A DNA stretch of 64,000 bases from Bispira polyomma (GCA_965649765.1 OZ287755.1:22692001-22756000); one strand, 5' to 3'; shown: positions 13,428-25,801, counted from the stretch's first letter. The notes: generated from the sequence alone by a model not told the origin. A program made the numbers and translations.

Positions 13428-14434
13428 TAAAGGGGGGGGTTCCATATCCAAGTTCGATCGGCAAAATGGGCCTGATTTTAAAGTCGGGAAGGTCAGGGCG
13501 AAAAAATCAATAAAATCCATTTTTGAGCAAGAAAATTCATATGTGGGGCGGCCTTCCCGATCGAACGGGACACTGACCCTGATCTTACTTGAACCAGGAT
13601 AGGATCGAACTTACTGGTGATAGGATCTGACGTATTGCCCTAGGATCGAACGTATTGCCAATAGGATCTGAAGGATTTAGATCCCCGACCATAAAGATCG
13701 AACGTAGAAAAGTCAAAGTCGGGACTGTTATTGTACATAATATATATGACAAAATGAGATAACCTTGTGAAATAAAAGAAATAATACCTGTTTAAACCTC
13801 ATTTTCGATGAAAGTTTGTTGCAATTTTGAATTTGAATTTGGATATTTAACGTCCACTCTAGTACCTTTTAGTAAGTTATATTGGGACGGGTAGTTGGAA
13901 ACGCTGGAGGAAACACTGCATACAGTTGGTCAAGGTTCTGCAGAGAAACCAGCGGCCCACAGTAAGGAACTACCACCTTTCCCACATAGGCATCGACGGG
14001 ATTCAAACTCACGCCGCCCAGAGGTGAGAGACCAGCGATTGTGAAGCGCAATGCTTGCTAGCCACTAGGCCACTGCGGCCCCCAAAGTTTGTTGTAAATA
14101 ACAGCAAATAATTTCACCGTTCGCGTACATGAACTGAACCGGAAGTGGGTTCGATGTCGCAAAGGTAAACAACTTTTAAACTGATTTCCGTTATTGGGAC
14201 AGACAAAATGACAAACTAGGCTTAAAATATGTGTCTATATTCTTCCCGACCTTCCAGACCATCCCGTATTTGATGTGACCTATACGTTTCGACGGGCCAG
14301 CGTTAGGACAAGCCGGGAGTGATATTAAGACCCCGTTTTGGCCCCCGACTTATACGTTTTGCAGATTTTCCTGTTATCGATTACCAAGTTGGGAAGGTCG
14401 GGAACCAAATCCTGAATGTGGCACCCCCACTTTA
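13428..14434. mobile_element. Non-autonomous DNA transposon (MITE-like) carrying a nested SINE
   Basis: Degenerate terminal inverted repeats (TAAAGGGGGGGGTTCCATAT versus reverse complement TAAAGTGGGGGTGCCACAT), CpG-rich relative to flanks, internal approximately 21-bp AGGATCGAACGTATTGCC repeats at about 13600-13705. Confidence 0.5.
13822..14083 (-). mobile_element. tRNA-derived SINE (family A, copy 2)
   Basis: Reverse complement of the 3292 copy, (CAAATT)n-like tail, 11-bp TSD AAAGTTTGTTG at 13811-13821 and 14084-14094. Confidence 0.92.
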
Positions 14435-15448
14435 TAGTCACTGGAATGGGCATGGCCTCTCAGTCGCGGAAATTCGACACATTAAAGTATTGCTTATAAA
14501 CAATTTGTTTACTGGGGAGTAGCCTATCAGAACGCTTAGCTAATGCTTGCAGAAATGTAGTGGAGAATTAAATAACCCACATACTTAATCTAAAACATAT
14601 TTGAACATGGTAAAAAGTGGCACACCCTCTGGTTTTTTAATGTTATTGGTGGAGGTGGCAATTTTACAGCGTTACAAACAAGTTAATAACTAAAGGGTCA
14701 TACCCCTTTTAAAAGTGGTCACTTTCCTAAATTGAAAAAGGTCTATTATCATACTTATCTAATAGCTGGCTGTTTTAACTTACATTTTCTTTACTCGATA
14801 TACAGTGTTTTCTGCTTTTTTGGTATAAATATTTTTTGCTTCCCCAAACAAAATTATTTACAATTCTATAAGAGTGAATAATATGCAATTGTACCTACAA
14901 AGAGTGCTATGTATTTTACATTTAATTGCATAATAATTATAATATATTCCTGCAGTGAATTATTATAAAAACCTATTCAACTCAGTTTTCAATTGGAGTA
15001 AAATAGTTACAAAATTTATGATGAACAGAGATACATGTAACTGCTTTTTTAAAAAGTTACCTTAAAACTTTGGTATGCAGTTATGTGACAATCGCTCTAG
15101 ACTGGTGTTTTCGTGATAATATGATCATTTCAAAGAAGTGTGAGTCTGTCCATTAAAACCCTAGTTCCTTACAGCAGTTTGTGTTTTGTAAGGTGTAAGT
15201 AGACAGTCACGACTGATGACAGAAGGGGGGTATGTTATTACATAGCACTGATAGCAGGCTAATTACTGCTCTACCATAGTCCCTCACTCTAGTTACCATG
15301 GTGACCTAAGGTGTCCTGTGTAACAACTACTCAATTACCGTTTGACTGAGAAATTAATTTTAGCAGTGACAACCAGTTTGGACAAACCTGATCTGGTTTT
15401 GATTTAATGGCAATGACCTTGGTCAAAGTAAAATTTAGGAAAGACATA

Positions 15449-15711
15449 TTTTTTTTTATTTTTTTCAATTTGTATATTTAAAGTCCACTCTAGTACCTGT
15501 TTAGGTTATATTGGGACGGGTAGTTGGAAACGCTGGAGGAAACACTGCATACAGTTAATCAAGGTTCTGCACTGAAATCAGCCGCCCACAGTAAGGAACT
15601 ACCACCTTTCCCACATAGGCATTGACAGGATTCGAACTCACGCCGCCCAGAGGTGAGAGACCAGTGATTGTGAAGCGCAATGCTTGCTAACCACTGGGCC
15701 ACCGCGGCCCC
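15449..15711 (-). mobile_element. tRNA-derived SINE (family A, copy 3)
   Basis: Same family, A-rich tail, imperfect TSD AGGAAAGACATA (15437-15448) / AGGAAAGGCCTA (15712-15723). Confidence 0.92.
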
Positions 15712-15724
15712 AGGAAAGGCCTAA

Positions 15725-16067
15725 ATGTAAATGTGTGTAGGTTTATAGTCTGATGTCACCTCTGTTGAGATATTAGCCGACTTTACAATTATCATCCCCA
15801 GCTTGGATTCTTCCACTTGTCAACCAATTGTTCAGTCGCAACTTCCTCAGGAAGCATACTAGCCATGCTGCCACATGCAGCGCACAAAGACTAATACCAA
15901 TTAGTGGCAAGTTACCCATTTATACAACTGGGTAGAGGGGGACAACTTTGTGTAAGTTGTAAGTTGTCTAAGGGTACAATCTCCAGGCCTGCAGCGAGTT
16001 TCGAACCTGTGCTTTCTGATCACTCATATCCAAAGTCTGACACTCTCACTACTAGGCCATGGAGACC
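15725..16067 (-). mobile_element. CORE-type tRNA-derived SINE (older)
   Basis: Minus strand shows A box TGGCCTAGTAG, B box GGTTCGAAACT, then CCCTCTACCCAGTTGTATAAATGGGTAA, resembling the CORE-SINE central domain. Confidence 0.65.
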
Positions 16068-16499
16068 ATTTCTGAAAAGAAGCATTTATGTCAAAACAAT
16101 GCATTACAGTATTATAAACAACTGATTCTCACACAATCAAATTCTGTTTGGCCAATAAAAATATCAATAGAAAATGCAATTACATAGACAATAATTGTAA
16201 GTTATACTTGCAGAACGTGGGAATTAAATAACAGCTGTTACTTTATTGTAAGTAAAAGAGTTATTTTAGTTATAATAATAGTACTATATAGGGTGATACA
16301 GAATGATGTGTACATTGTTTACATAGGGTCATACTTTAAACAATGTCAATTATATACACACCATTTACATCAATTTACATGTTGCACCTCTGAGCTCTTT
16401 GTTGGAATATACTGAAGACTTCACATATAACATCCAAGTACTAAGCTTAGAAGCTAAGGGATTCTCTTCAAGGAATGTCTACTGCCATTATTAACTCAC

Positions 16500-19130
16500 A
16501 ACTTTGACATTTGCATCAAGTTAGGTGGTTTGTTTCAGTTTCCTGGGGGTGTGTAGAATTTTCCCTTCAATCCAACAAATCCACTCAGACCTTCAGATTT
16601 CGTTAGATGAAAAAGCTAACATGCATTGGAAAGCAGCCTTTATTGCACAACAGAGATCTAGGAAAGCCCTCAAGTCTAATCTATGGCCTTCCTGTTCTTG
16701 TTTTCATAGTTTTCTACAAATCATGCAAAACTACTAATTTATTTGCCATCAGTGTTAATGCCAGTGCACATGAAATCGGATATATTTGTGAGTTGTTTTC
16801 AGTAGGGCAGATTGCTGAAGCTATGTATGTAAATGCATTCCTGTTATTAGGTACATATTAATCAGATTACGACATACAATGACAAAGTTACATCTGAGGG
16901 CCTTGTAGAAACAATGTGTGGCATTACTAAGTGGAATCAGGTAAAGAATTCTCACAGCAGTCTTTCATGTATTTGGGAAATAAAGACAGGGGTAATAGTG
17001 ATAGACCTCGGTGACAAACCACAACTTTGTCTGGTTTTAAATTACTCTCAGAGGGGATCTTGGATGGAATTTACTCGCTGTAAATAAAGTCAGAATGTGT
17101 GAACTTGATTACTCCTACCATGTTACAAGTCCTTAACGGGGACATCAAGCTTTCACTTAATTCTCTGCCTCTTCTACAACTGAATATATCTTTCCTTTTA
17201 GATTTTACTGTTTTCCAAAAGTAGTCAGAGAATATAACCATTGTTATACATATAATGGACAAAATGGCTTGCAAAACAAATTTTAAAATATTGAGACATA
17301 CAATTTCATAGGTAATCATATTAGTTAAGTGGACTGAGATATACAATAGCAACTTAATTGTAACAACTTGTAAATGTTATATGCAGTTTTAGTTGGCATA
17401 AGATATCCACTGTCACAGACGTCTTTCATTTCTTCAGCAACACAGACAGGATAATAATGTTACACCATGCCTACACTTTGGGGGACACACCAAACCTTTC
17501 TGAAAACACTGGGTGTTTTAATTAATCTTAGGGGGGTTATTGAATGTAAGTTAGCAGCTGTAAATACAAGGAAATGTGTGAACTGTATTACAGTTACCAC
17601 ATGCCAAGACATTAACAGTGTCATGTCAAGTCTTTTCACTTTATTATGTTCCATATTCTACTCTGTGGAAATAAAGGGTACAGCTATTCTATCCACTACT
17701 AACTACTTGGTTCTATACCTTTGTTAATTATTATTGTAGAATATATCTCAGTGGCATTATAATCTGTCATATGAAAATTATTACTAATAATCTTTGTAAG
17801 GAATGTAGTATAGAAAAATGTGTAGCTCAGAAATGGCAGAAATTGCCAGTCCATGTGATGTACTAATCATTAAGTATAAAAAATGTGCAATCCTTGGTTA
17901 CAGTGGTGATATATAATCCGCAGGTATAATATGATAATCCTTGGTTACAGTGGTAATTTTATATAATCATTATGTGCTTACCATAGTTACAGTGAAAAAG
18001 ATTTCTAAATTTTTAAATGAGTATCATAAATGGAATATGGCCTTTAATATCTAATGATTTGAGTGCTAAAACAGGTTAGGCCTTGTTTTTGGCCCTGTGA
18101 AGGTATGCAGTGCCCATGTTGACTGTCTCACAGCCATAATATTTATATAGCGACAAATATTTATAAGAGCATCATACCAGAGTTTGTGTATTTGATTTAA
18201 CGTCGCTTTCAACACATTGTATATGTTATATAAGAACGGGTAATTCTAGTGGTGGAGGAAACCAGAGTGTACTAGTTGGTCAAGATTCTGCACTGCAAAC
18301 CAGCAAAGTGCTAACTTACCTATTTAAAGCCTCAGTCAAGATTCGAACTGGAACCAAAGAGGTGGGAGGTAAGTGTGTTAGCACTGCGCCATCGAGGCCC
18401 CCCAGAGTTTGTGGAACTATTTAATAAAGGTTATATTTTCTCAGTGATGCCATAGTGTTCTAATTGTAGTGTAAAAGAACGTGTGATGTCCAACTAAATG
18501 TAGCAATAAAATCATATTTTAGTATAACGTTCACATTTGATTGTTCAACTGGCAGCCTATGGTGAAAACATGTATCATTGTAAGATTACGTGGATTTTCA
18601 TACAAGTATTCATTCATCCTAAAAAGACAAATTTATGTGAAAACGCTCAGAAGAGGAATGTTAGTATGAATTAATACGACACTCTCTACATTGGAGAATG
18701 GAAAAGACTTTGTCATATAGAATTTTATGATAACAGGTGTTAAAATAACAACATGTATGTAGTTTTTCCTTTTCATGTTTGAAGTGTGTAAAATATTGAC
18801 ATTAACTGATATAGTAGTTACACTTAAAGAATAGACCTCCTCATCCATCATTTAACACTGGAGGTGTATCAGTTGGTCTATATTTGTATGTAAAATATAT
18901 CAATACCGATCAGACAACCCATCAGACAAGTTTAAATATTGATAAGGTAACATAATACGCAGGGTAGAATTTCATAGTTTATTCACCTTTAATGCTATCA
19001 AGTTTGCAATGCAATGTGATATTTGGTACTACATGTCCTTTTTTAGACATTCAATTATTTTGTAACTTGTTCAAAATGATAAGTGTTTTTACACAATAAA
19101 GAAATATGACACCCTTTGACTACAATCCAT
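16500..19130 (-). pseudogene. Decayed coding-like sequence, paralog unit 1 of an unidentified tandem family
   Basis: Collinear DNA homology to 26720-29320 and 32705-35310. Shared peptide remnants (HP/SITPxRxIK, VYHYYP, MKDVCD, NEYLY..N.TMIHV, HYGITEK). Many stops and frameshifts. Confidence 0.5.
18189..18401 (-). mobile_element. tRNA-derived SINE (family B; shares 3' body with family A)
   Basis: Head GGGGCCTCGATGGCGCAGTG...GTTCGAATC, body shares GGAGGAAAC...AGTTGGTCAAGATTCTGCACTG with family A, 12-bp TSD CCAGAGTTTGTG at 18177-18188 and 18402-18413. Confidence 0.85.
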
Positions 19131-20715
19131 ATGACTACATTTGCATATGTACATATATATATATAGTGTTTACAAATATACAACAAAAAAAAAACATTAC
19201 AAAAAAACACAAAGGCTTCACAAAAAGGAAAAAGACAAACTCAGAAATAAAGATAAAACAGTACTACTAATAATACTATCATTTTTATATATACACGTAG
19301 GCCACCAAGTGTTACACCTCCACTGGAATAGGAAGTTTATTATGCCGAAACTACTGATCTGATGCCATTACCTGTATTTATATCTAGTTGTTTAAGACAG
19401 ACAATTCAGTCTTATTGAATATTTTACCAAACAATTCTTTGTAGAAAGACTTGGTTAAAGTGGTAATATTTTATCATACTTAGTTACTAGAGGTACCATG
19501 TCAATGTCTTATTTTAACATTATCAGTTAATTTGATTGTCACTATCTAGATTGGTTTAACTTAAATCAAGCAACCCATGTACACACAAGCGGTAGAATAA
19601 CTAAGACAATTTTATCAACAAAAATATTCATTTGATATTTGTTGTGTCATTAGGGAAAGAAATCCTCTTCAAAAAAAACTTCTGGCATTTCAATAATCTT
19701 CAATATCAAATTATGGTTCACACTTTTTATTATAAAATCAAATTCAAAGTTTTCTGGTAGTTTACATAGTTGTTTTATTTTAGTGGTTCAAATCTGTACA
19801 TTCTTTTATCTGTTGGTCTTTAATAAACATCAATCTGTCTATAAGTAAGAGTCAGAACAGAGACTCAGTGGCTGGCTGTTGTCTCCCATTTTATTTACCA
19901 ACACATGACATTTTTACTGTAAATGAAACATATACTGTAAGCCTGATTTAGCTTGAATAGAATGATTGTAAAATTAGATGTAGAAGAGGGATGTTATTAG
20001 GAATCAATAGGACAATCTCTATTTTGGAGTGTGGGAAGGACTTTGTCAAAGAGAATGTTAATAAAAATGGTAAAATAATGTCACAAATGTAGTTTTTCCT
20101 TTTTAGGTTTAAAGTGTGTAAAATATTGACAATGGACGCATTAACTGATACAGTTCCCAGGAACCAGACATAGGCTAATTAGCCATTTACTTATCAACAC
20201 AGAAAAAGATTGCGGTTCATAATTTTATTAGTAGACTACAGGGTTAAAACTACTATGTACATTTTTTTATTAAGAGGAGGGGCATAAGGTAACCTTAAGA
20301 AAGCAAAAATTTTAAGGTCACCATAACATAAAGAATTGTCAAGATGAGGTTACCCTAAGTGAGATTTCGAATTTAAGTTAGGGTGACCATAAGTTAGTAA
20401 CAGAATAAGGTGACCATAACTTGAATTTTAGTTTAAGTTTGAGAATACTATAAATTTAAGTTTAAGTGAATAAATTAAATTTTTAATGAAATTTAAATTT
20501 TAAAAATTTTGGCAATTATAAGTGAAATTTAAATTCAAAGATTTTGAAAGTTAGATGGAGGAGTACATTATGTGCTTCCCACAGGAGGGTGACCTTATGC
20601 CCCAATATGCTGTGATAATTTATTTTATTGACATTTATTTTGCATGTTTTTAAACATGTAAATTTATAAAGTTTTAGGTGAGAGGAAAAGTCCAAACCAC
20701 CAAGCCCAAAAGTTT

Positions 20716-21701
20716 TTAGGAAGTATTTTGTAGAGCAGCCGAGAAAGAGTCAGCCACTTGGGGGCCAACCAAAGCGGAATCAGTAATATAACGCCAGATG
20801 CAGTCCGACGTCCAGGTGCCATGTCGCTGAATATCCTGTAAACAAACATTATTATTGAACGCAAACGTGGCACCTGAACGCCGGAAAGAATGAAAAGTTA
20901 AATTTGAATGCTGAAGATTCAGCATGTGTAATAGGTTTTTAAATGTCGTCTAACTCGATTATCCGTCATGGGAACCCATGAATCTTTTACTTTATACTGA
21001 AATAGTGGGGCATTCCTGCCAGAAGGAGACACAGCCAATACAGCTCTTAGAGCAGCCACAGGACATAATTCTGAATGAGGAAGAGCAGGTAAAGAAAGTA
21101 ACTTAACTGCATCTTTGGTTTGCATTGTCTTGCTCCATTTTACTACTAACAGTACATACCCAGGCTTAAAAAGCACGTCTCCCCTGGCCAGATGCTTAAG
21201 TGGAGAGAATGCTGCCATGGAATGAGGGCACAAATTTGAGAGACGTAAAAAGCTAAAAAAAACTAGTAAGATACATAGCCTTAAATATTAGGCCCATGTA
21301 GGTTAGATGACATTTTTTCACTAAATTTAACATTAGTGGAATATCAAAGACACTCTTTAACTTTACTTGCAGAGGCCTGTTCACTAGCAAAGCCCTGTTA
21401 TAATACGAGATCCTTGGATCAGAAAAAGGTACAACGTCCATATGAAACAGTATACACTTAGCTTTTACAGCTGATAGATAGTTTGCAATCTGAGAAGGAG
21501 ACACACAGTTAAAGCTCAAAAATTCAAGAAAGGCAAGTAACTGAAACACATTCTCCTGAGATTTAGGCCAAGCCATAAAAATGGTGAAGGCTGAGAAGGT
21601 CTTAAACATGCTGTTATCAGCAGATGACGTAGAGGGAGCCAGAGCTGTATGCATTCTTCTACAAGCAAGACTGGTCAGCAAACTTTCCACAGAACTATGA
21701 C
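20716..21701 (-). pseudogene. Tyrosine recombinase of YR retrotransposon 1 (frameshifted)
   Basis: ORF pieces 21253-21690, 20919-21233 and 20716-20925 carry RLSNL (between pieces), KWSKT, LCPV, HSFRRSGAT, HGTW, WRY, the R-K-HxxR-H/W-Y catalytic set. Confidence 0.92.
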
Positions 21702-21729
21702 CTGAAAATACAAATTTAACAACAACTGT

Positions 21730-23957
21730 TTAGATATCCGTATTCACATGTAACAGGGCTTCATCAGTGGGAAGCCATACCACTGGGCCCGCCCATTCAT
21801 GCAGCAACTGTTCATTCAATTTGGTTCTGTCCCACCTGGACAGGAGGTCTGTGACCTTATTTTTAACCCCAAGTATGTGTATGACCTTAACGTCGATATC
21901 AAATCGGCTGGCCCACAAGTAAATATTTCGAGTATAAGTTGCCAGAATTGGGTCCTGAGTACAACCACTGTTTAACACACTGACAACAGCCTGGTTATCA
22001 CATTTGAATAAAACCCTCTTTCCTTGCCAGAGTTTAGCCCACAATTTGAGGGCTACTAGAATGTTAATCATTTCCAACGAGGCAATATTATGATTTGCCA
22101 TTTCTTTGGGAACAGATAACTTATATACCTGGCCAGCATAAATCCCGCCCATACCATTTAAACATGCATCTAGCTCTACCGGAGCATCGATAGGTCTATG
22201 GACAAAGAAACTAGTGCCATTAAATTGCTCCATGAAGGTACAAAACCAGTTAAGATCCCTCTTAAAGTCACTTGTTAGTGAAAACCTTTTTCTGGTATGA
22301 TTATCTCTCAACAATTGCAACATTCTATTGAGATATACTCTAACATATCGAATACATTTTGAAATATATAAAAGGGAGCCAAGTAATGATTGCAACTCTC
22401 TCTTAGTGAAATTCTCTTTAGTGCACCACATTTTACATAAATCTCTAAGTTCAGTCATTTTTTCACTTGGAATAGAAGTGGTAAAATCCACAGTATTGAT
22501 TAAAATGCCAAGACATATTACTTCAGTGCTCGGGGGCACTAATTTTTTAGGGCTAACAGTGAGACCCAATTCCTTCAGCAAGGCCTGAAGCCTGTTGTAT
22601 ATATTTGTGATTTTGCTTGGGAGCGCCACACATAAAAAATCATCAATGTACGCGTGTATATGACAGCCTTCCTGAAGCATGATATACCTTACTGCGTAGG
22701 AAATTCTCTGAAAAATAGTGGATCCGTTCTGGAACCCGAACGGAAGAGACCTATCCAAATAGTAAGAATTCCATTTCAAACCAAATAAATCAACATCCCC
22801 CGGATAAATAGGCACGTGCCTGAATATCTTGCAACCTTTGCCTAACTTCTGAACCTCATTAGTAAGACTATCCACCGACGGATAAGACAGTAAAAATTTT
22901 GTACCAAGATATTCAGTGGGAGAAGCCTCTGCATTCACTGTTTCGCCAATTGGCCAGCTAAGGTCCACAATGACCCGCCTATTGCTGAAGCTGGATTTAT
23001 TACCGTCATCATAGGGGAAAAATGCATTTTTTTTATTGGTGGATCCTTAAAAGGGCCCAGAATAGCACCATATTTGCACTCCTCATTTAAATACGTATCA
23101 ACGTGCTCTGGGAAATCTAGAGCCGATTTGTGATTACTGCCATCTGATTGGCTAATATTCGAGGGGGAAACCGTACTTGACCAATAAGGGAAGCTGCCAA
23201 TCCCAATAAGATTTCAAGTAGTGAAACCACTTTTCAGGATTTAGTTGCGACTTAACGGGTAGCTGCAATCCCTTAAAATTGTACCTCCCATCTTTTCTCA
23301 GTATGTGATGCAATTTTAAAATGTCAGAACTGTAATTTGTGGCTCCACTATCCCACACCCTACAGCACAAGTCTGAAAGGGGAGTAAAACCGTATTCGAC
23401 CTTATTTTGGCTACGCCATTTGCAATGAGTTGTATTGCTCTTAGCTTTACACAGAAGTTCAGTGCCAGCGCATATTTGTCATTAACCATATGGTCGTCAG
23501 TATCACCACAAGCTACAGCGACACAGCCAGCCTTTGCTTGCTTTTTCAGTGTGAGCCCAGCCTCGCCCTCCCCAGTGCTTTTCCTCCCCCCACTAGTTTT
23601 GCCCTTGTGAGGGGTGGTACTGCAGGGGTCTGGCCCGAACCCCACCATAGGAAAGTTGTGACTTTTTTGTCTAGCAAAGGTGCGACTTTTAATGCTTTGA
23701 ACCAAATTGCCAATTTTACCACAAGTAGGACTAGTATTGGGCCATCCACTTGTTGACTCAGATAATTGCCTACATTCAGATCGCTTTACTATGTCACTAT
23801 AACTCTGGTTATACTTCGTACCACGATAGTATTTACACATTTGCCTAACAATATTGCTGTCTAGCAATTGAAAATCCTGGAAACCAGTTTTGAAAATTTG
23901 CCTGGAAAAACTTCTACTATCGCCCACTGCATTACTGCAGTGGGCTCTCAGTTTTTT
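21730..23957 (-). pseudogene. Pol (RT-RNase H) of YR retrotransposon 1 (disrupted N-terminal half)
   Basis: ORF 21730-22968: DLSWP, LPFG, YIDD, CLGI, ELQSLLGSL; RNase H ELDAC, IASLEM, KCDNQAVV, N..TDLLSR. Upstream pieces 23152-23370 (YWDWQLPLLVKYGFPL) and 23316-23975. Confidence 0.93.
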
Positions 23958-25801
23958 GACTGTTTTTTGGTACAATTAACACTCCTGTGCGCCCCAGCAC
24001 ACGTTTCGCATATATGCTTAAAGAAGGTATTTCCACTTTTGTGGCTAGACTGAAATTTGCAAGAACCCTCTTGATAAAATTTTCAATTGGCCGAGCCCTG
24101 TTTCCCTATTCCTGTGCTTTTACTCCCACCCCTCGTGAAAGTACTACTGCTACCACTACTTGATACATGCTTCTGGGCATGGGCTCGACGCAACCTATCT
24201 AGTTTCTCGACCTCTGTCCATTTCAACTTATCCATTTCCATGGTGGTTAACACCACGGCATGGCAGGCTTTGGCGGCCTCCCAAGAAAAATTCTGGGAGT
24301 CCTCTATTAAGCCTGCCATGTAATCCAACATTAGTTCTTTTATTTTCGGATTTTTTTCATCTTGTATAATGCGGGTAAACCCACACACCCACTGACTAAG
24401 AGAAAGATCGTCATAGCTAGGTCGCGTTTTAAAGTTTCCGGACAGCATTTTCTGACGTGATTCTGGGGCCATTCGACCACTCTCTTCACTACAACGTCAA
24501 CGCCACCCCCTCTTTGTGATTTGATCTTAGCTTTTTTTTGATTCTCGTTTAGCTCCTTAAGTTCGCTAAGCCGTTGCTCGACCTGACTTTGGATGCAGGT
24601 ATTTGTTTTCAGAAATTCAATAGTCGGGACCACACTGTTCACGATAATAGCACTGATTTGATCCGTATTTGCACTGGCAACAGTTTCGTCAGTGTTTAAG
24701 CTTTTACCATTCTGATTTCTACCGGCAATTTCAAAAGAATTTTGACCTTTCTCACTACAATTTTTGGGTGAATCCTTGTTACATATAAGGACATTGTGAT
24801 ATGTTAAAGCACTCTGCTAGAGTGATCTATTTATAGATTTGGGGAAACCCCTAAGCTTCTAGAAGCTGTTTCTATTTTGTTTCTGTTATTAAAGTTGTGT
24901 TCATATGTATATCTCATCTCTGGAATGTTCTAGCGATTGCTTACATATTCTAGAGCCTTCTCTAGTAGTTGTATATATAAGGGTTGACAGCCTGGCCACA
25001 GACCAGAGTTAATTGAGTTGAGGTGCTATTTGAACTGCTATACTGTGAAACATTTTATTTCTTTTCCTGAGGATATAAACTGATTACTACATATGTTTTT
25101 GTGGTGAACTCATTGGAGTGAAGTAGATAAAAGTTGTGGATCTACCAGAGATTGGATTTACTGCATATTGGATATTGTTTGCATCCTGGACTGGATAGCT
25201 TAGTTGTGCAGACTCTCTGGATATATACATTTTGTGTTCGTGGACACTGAACGGATAACAGGATACAGGCATTGTGTGGACACAGAGCGGATCTCAAGAC
25301 AGATTGCTGGATACAGTGGACAAACTTGTTTAATTGTTATTTATGTGGACAGGACTGTGGTCAGGTCAGATAGGTTTCATTATTGTATTATTGTGTGAAC
25401 TATTAAGGGTATCACCGTTGACTGTAATTCCGTAATTGTTATTTTATTTGTTAAATAAATTTGTTAAGTGAAACTTTTTTTCTTTTCCTGTTACAACCTC
25501 AAAGCAACCGGTAATTGCTCCCGCGCTTGCTCCCGTGACCGTAACAATCCTTCACCAAAGCCGCCTCAGTGAGGAGGACACGTTTGTCCAGCCAATTCAT
25601 CATTTCACCCATGCTCTGCAATTGCAGTAGAATTTTATTAGAAACCTCAGCCAAACCGCTGGGAGCAACCGAATCCGCCCCTTCAACTAACTCGTCCTCG
25701 GAAATGGACTCCTTGTGTATTACACCATTACATTTGCTACCGACTGGTCTGGCATGCCTTTCAAGACATTTTGAACAACCATACACTTTTACCCGTGGCA
25801 T
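23948..25801 (-). pseudogene. Gag-like ORF1 of YR retrotransposon 1, interrupted by a solo LTR
   Basis: N-terminal CxxCxxxH...GxxC. Removing 24777-25546 plus one ATCCT rejoins ...ALVKD-SPKNC...VNSVVPT in frame. Core WPQNHV/RPSYDDLSLSQWVCGF. C-terminal *KFYQEGSC...SH...HICETCAGAHRSVNC zinc fingers (first Cys mutated to stop). Confidence 0.85.
24777..25546 (+). mobile_element. Solo LTR (copy 2, 770 bp) nested in gag
   Basis: TGTTAC...GTAACA termini, 5-bp TSD ATCCT (24772-24776, 25547-25551), TATA-like TATATATAAG at about 24972, AATAAA at about 25454. Confidence 0.92.

Noticed and set aside
20151-20280. Hammerhead or HDV ribozyme in the 3' terminal block
   Set aside because: I could not find the CUGANGA/GAAA core or an HDV pseudoknot by eye; left open only as a check.
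20716-22968. Bacterial retron/DGR plus phage integrase, or contamination
   Set aside because: RT is followed by RNase H and preceded by a zinc-finger gag, the DIRS-order layout, and it is embedded among animal SINEs and LINEs.
12804-25546. A single LTR retrotransposon bounded by the two LTR copies
   Set aside because: The copies are inverted and each has its own flanking duplication.
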